A stretch of 64,000 nt of DNA from the human T2T-CHM13v2.0 reference genome, Homo sapiens: assembly GCF_009914755.1 (NCBI RefSeq), contig NC_060944.1. One strand, written 5' to 3'. The notes beneath the pieces were generated by a model. It did no database searches and was not told where the DNA came from. It saw nothing but the letters and a program-made list of their open reading frames with translations. Below, piece by piece: positions 59,906 to 64,000 of the stretch. The stretch's first letter is position 1, and each line of letters starts with the position of its first letter. Made by a program: the position numbers and the translations under genes.

Positions 59906-62900
59906 AATAATCTTAAAGGTAAGGTACAGAAGTGTTAAGTTTTTAAAAATATGCACATTTAGATAGATTTATTGCTACATTAATAAATCTTTTTCTCCCC
60001 CTTTCCAGAAGGAAACAGAAGTAAAATTAAATAGTGCCTGCCTTTGAAAAAAGATGGGGTTAGTTGAGTGAGAGAGAATTCTACTCTTCATTTTGCTCCT
60101 TTCTGTAGTGTTCCAGTTATCTAATCCTTCCACATATCAGCTGAAGTTTTCTAAGCAGTAGTTATTTTTAGTTTACTTCCATATATTTTTAAATACCAAA
60201 CTAATCAATATTGACTGACAATATCAATCAGTTAGTAAAATAATTGAGTAACCCCTGTTTTTATATATTCTGATATGAGATGAAAATTTAGGAAGTCTAT
60301 CAATTTTAATACTTCTGTAGAGAGTTTTTGCATATGTATATTCACTATTAATACACAGAAGATTCCTAAGTTCAGGCTGATTCCTTTAAAGTGTCTGTTT
60401 TACCCCCACAAGAATTGAAATAGTTTCAGTATATTTTGTTTTATAAATATTTAACTTCTGTTTGCTGAGGTTGAGAAAGGCAATATTCCACAAGGGTCCA
60501 TTTTCTAAATCTAAGGCATGAATGATTTTTTCATAGTTACAGTATTTATGAAATATTGAGAATTTATGCATGTGAAATGTCTCATAATGGACTATTTTAG
60601 ATTTAAGCTATTCTTTTTTTAGGTCTCCAGCGTAAAATTCAAAGAGTGGAAGCTATAGAAAATGAATATGCTGCGTTTCTTGTGCTATAGGCTCCTTAAT
60701 CTTTACAGAAGTCTTATTTGCTCAGCTAGATTGGTCTAAAAGAAATGGTTTAATTTTCTCTCAAATAATTCAACCTTCAAAAAGAAACCTTCCATGTTGT
60801 TATTTTTGCACTTGTAGTGCATACTGGGGGTGCTCTGCCAGCTTGGCATTGAATGTGTTTGTTTTATGTAGAGTGTGGTATTAAAGTAGTGGCTGAATTA
60901 CTTGACATAATTTGCATAAAGTCATATCTCAGTGATAAAAATTAATGTGTTGAGGGCTGTGAGTGAGTTGGAATGAGTCATTTATTTCTTAATAGAAAAA
61001 AGCTTTATCTTCAGTTTCTATCACACTTGAACTTCAATTACCTGGAATATTTTCATTTGTTTGTTTATTCGCATTTACTTAAGTGTTAATGATTATTCAG
61101 TGGTTTCAGCAGGAGAGTGTTTTAGGTCTGTCTTTAACCTGAGTCTAATCATAGAAGGAGTTGGCACGTATCAGAATTGTACCGTAAAAGCACCCCTAAA
61201 GCTTGACAATGTTCTAGTGATTCCATTAGCAGCTATTAAATGGAGGTTTAATGTCTTTGCCATTTGGGGATCTGACAGACTGAAACTTAGTATTCGTTTT
61301 GGCCCCTGTGAATATCATCTGCTCATCCATGCTTATAAAAATGAAATAAAAAGTCAGTCTTTGTTCTTGCTCTTGCAGAAGCAATTGTAGATTTTTATGA
61401 GGAAAACAATGAACATGTCACCCTGGATTTGGCAGCAGGGAAGAGCAGGGAGTATATAAATTGTCTTTTTGGGTGCCAACTGTTATGCACCAGCATTGTT
61501 TATATTAGTGAAATGGTTGTAAGTTGTGTAAATTGTATTTTTTTCCTTAGCTATGTTTTATGGTGGGGGGCTGTCGTAGGGGAATGTGCATTAAATCTGA
61601 AATGGTCTCATGCTTAAATACCGCAGTGTGGTAGACAGTTAATCTTCAGAACAAATAGTGAACATGCGTAACTGCTTTATTGCCGTCAACATATGTCACT
61701 CTGTAATTATCCTGGCTTATACCTTGGGATGGGCTAAGGATGCAGGAGCTGTCTCAGCTCAGAGAATTTTGTTTTCATTTTTTGGGTTCCAAACAGAATG
61801 TATTGGGAGAAAAAAAAATCATGTGGATTTGCCCAATATTGGTGCTCGTAAAAACAGTTACCCTGAAATTATTAGTGCTGTATGTTCAGGACCTAGGAGA
61901 GCAGGTGTTGGGTAAGTCTGACTAAACAGATGTGTCAATACACCTTGGCTCATCTGAGACTGTTTGGGAAAATTCTTGAGGAGGCTCACGACACCACACA
62001 TAGTCATTTCCAGTTACCTGGTGGTGACATGCACAAGTGGCATATAGAGACTGGGTTGCAGCTGACCTTCTGGTGACCAGGGAATACCTCCAGAGAGACT
62101 GCGATGCAGTTCGCAACTGAAAAAAGAGCCACTTGAATACTGATCCTTGATGATGGGTATCGCCATTGAGGCAGCAAGCCCAACTGTTTATCTTTTTTCT
62201 TATTTGGTAACTAGGTGGGATGGTTGTATAGAAAAATGTGGGTGGGAATGACCACAGACCACAAACTCACGTTTGCAAGAAATGTAGCTGTAATTTTCTG
62301 AAGATTTTACCCATGTCGTCCTCTATACCTAGAGAGATCATACATCCAGGTTTGCCCAGAAGAGTCCAGGGTTATGACTTGTCCTGACCCTCCTTTTTCC
62401 CTCCCAAGAGTTTCCCAGTCATGCCACCATAAGAACTTTTCCCTGAGTTCGTTATGATGGAAGAACCTTGCTGCTTCAACGGAGAGAGCCATGGGGATTT
62501 AAAATACACAGAGAAAGGCCTATCTATCAGTACATTATAATATCATTTCCTTCAAAGTATTCAAAATTTCCTTAGTCTGTCTCTAGTTCTCCAAAGGGTG
62601 TATGTAATATTATAATATGTATAACAGAGATGAAAATTGTTGGCCAGTGGAGCAGCAAGCATATTTCTTGGATAATGTAGTGCTTTATTTGGGAGGACTT
62701 GATATCCTTTGGGGAGGCTCATTGATTTTATGAGATCATTAGTTTACTTATTATTCAATAAATTTAACTCCTCGACACTCAAACCTGTAGTAAAATATGT
62801 TTTGTGACTGTGATGTTCTCTTTTCAGAAGTGAGGCTGGGCTGGCAATAGCTGGCTGGAACATGGTCTGGGGAGGAAATGGGTGAGGTCAAAAGTGGTGA

Positions 62901-63173
62901 GACAAGTTGCTGAAGAACAGGAATCTGCTATGCGAAAGAATCAGAGTGCTCCCTTAGGGACCTTAATTTAGGGGTCTTGAAATATATCACACTCTCCCAA
63001 AACTAATTCATGCTTCAACTGCCCTCATTAATCATAAGTCAGTTGTGAAAGACCATAATGACAGTAACTGCCTACGTGGATCACATTTTGTAAACCAGGT
63101 CTTAGTCGCAGTATGCACCATACTGACCAAATTTGTGTCCATGTAAATCACTGTTCACATCCATCCAGATTCC

Positions 63174-63623
63174 ATTTACATGCATTCAGGCACTAGCATA
63201 CATACATATAGACATACATGTGTTTGCATAAGGAGTGCATATAGTTATATATCTGCATATAGAATTTACATGCATACAGGCACTAGCATACATACATATA
63301 GATATACATGTGTTTGCATAAGGAGTGCATGTGGTTATATATCTGCATATAGAATTTACATGCATACAGGCACTAGCATACATCCATATAGATATACATG
63401 TGTTTGCATAAGGAGTGCATATAGTTATATATCTGCATGTAGAATTTACATGCATTCAGGCACTAGCATACATACATATAGATATACACGTGTTTGCATA
63501 AGGAGTGCATATAGTTATATATCTGCATATAGAATTTACATGCATTCAGGCACTAGCATAAATACATATAGATATACACGTGTTTGCATAAGGAGTGCAT
63601 ATAGCTATATATCTGCATGTAGA
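63174..63623. repeat. Minisatellite, 5 x 90 bp
   Basis: Units start at 63174, 63264, 63354, 63444 and 63534; no indels, a few substitutions each. Confidence 0.97.
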
Positions 63624-63649
63624 GAAGTATCTTTGAAATCAAATGATCT

Positions 63650-64000
63650 GGCTCCATAACTGTCCTTCCATGCACACAGCTTGCCTCCTCTCCTGCCCTT
63701 AAATTGGGGCTGGGAAGGGACTACCTGCCTCTCTCTGATTCCAAGTGACCTCAGAAAGTACACCTGCTCTTCACATTCACATGTTTAATTCATACCTTTC
63801 TAATGCCTGGAGGTGATTTGGATATCTGGATGATTTTTTCCCTTTTTCTTTCCTACTTCTTCAGAATAAACCACTTCTTAATATTCTTTGCCACTTTTTT
63901 TTCAATGCTGCCAGAAGGATTTTCTTAAATCACAGGCCTAATACTTTTATTTCTGTTTCCCAGAAACTTTTGCTAGATCCTTACTGTGTGAAAAATGAAT
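63650..64000 (+). mobile_element. Probable L2 fragment
   Basis: gccagaaggattttcttaaatcacag L2-like motif. Confidence 0.4.

Noticed and set aside
63174-63623. CRISPR-like array
   Set aside because: Head-to-tail units without unique spacers, in human DNA
63180-63659. 159-aa protein with 30-aa His/Cys-rich repeats
   Set aside because: The frame is open only because the 90-bp unit is a multiple of 3; there is no in-frame ATG at the listed start, no zinc-finger spacing and no gene structure

Overview
Human non-coding DNA (intergenic or deep intronic). An AluYb8, a human-specific subfamily, supports the species call. I see no host protein-coding exon, RNA gene, CpG island or CRISPR array, and I cannot name the locus. 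Roughly half the window is interspersed repeat: about 14 Alu/FLAM copies, old L1M/L2/MIR fragments, MaLR/ERVL LTRs and DNA-transposon MITEs. It also holds one 3.4-kb, 5'-truncated, disabled L1PA3-type LINE and a 5 x 90-bp minisatellite. All sizeable ORFs are L1 ORF2 fragments, Alu read-throughs or repeat artefacts. The most unusual structure is the 5' junction of the L1PA3 (56391-56500). The L1 landed inside the TSD of an AluY. Between its own TSD and the L1 body lie an 8-nt inverted L1 piece at the exact twin-priming position, a short fold-back linker, and a 78-bp inverted copy of the neighbouring AluY. Together these suggest several template switches during one integration and leave a tight inverted repeat. 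I found no evidence for a new multi-gene system. Subfamily names and boundaries of old repeats come from recalled consensus sequences and are approximate.
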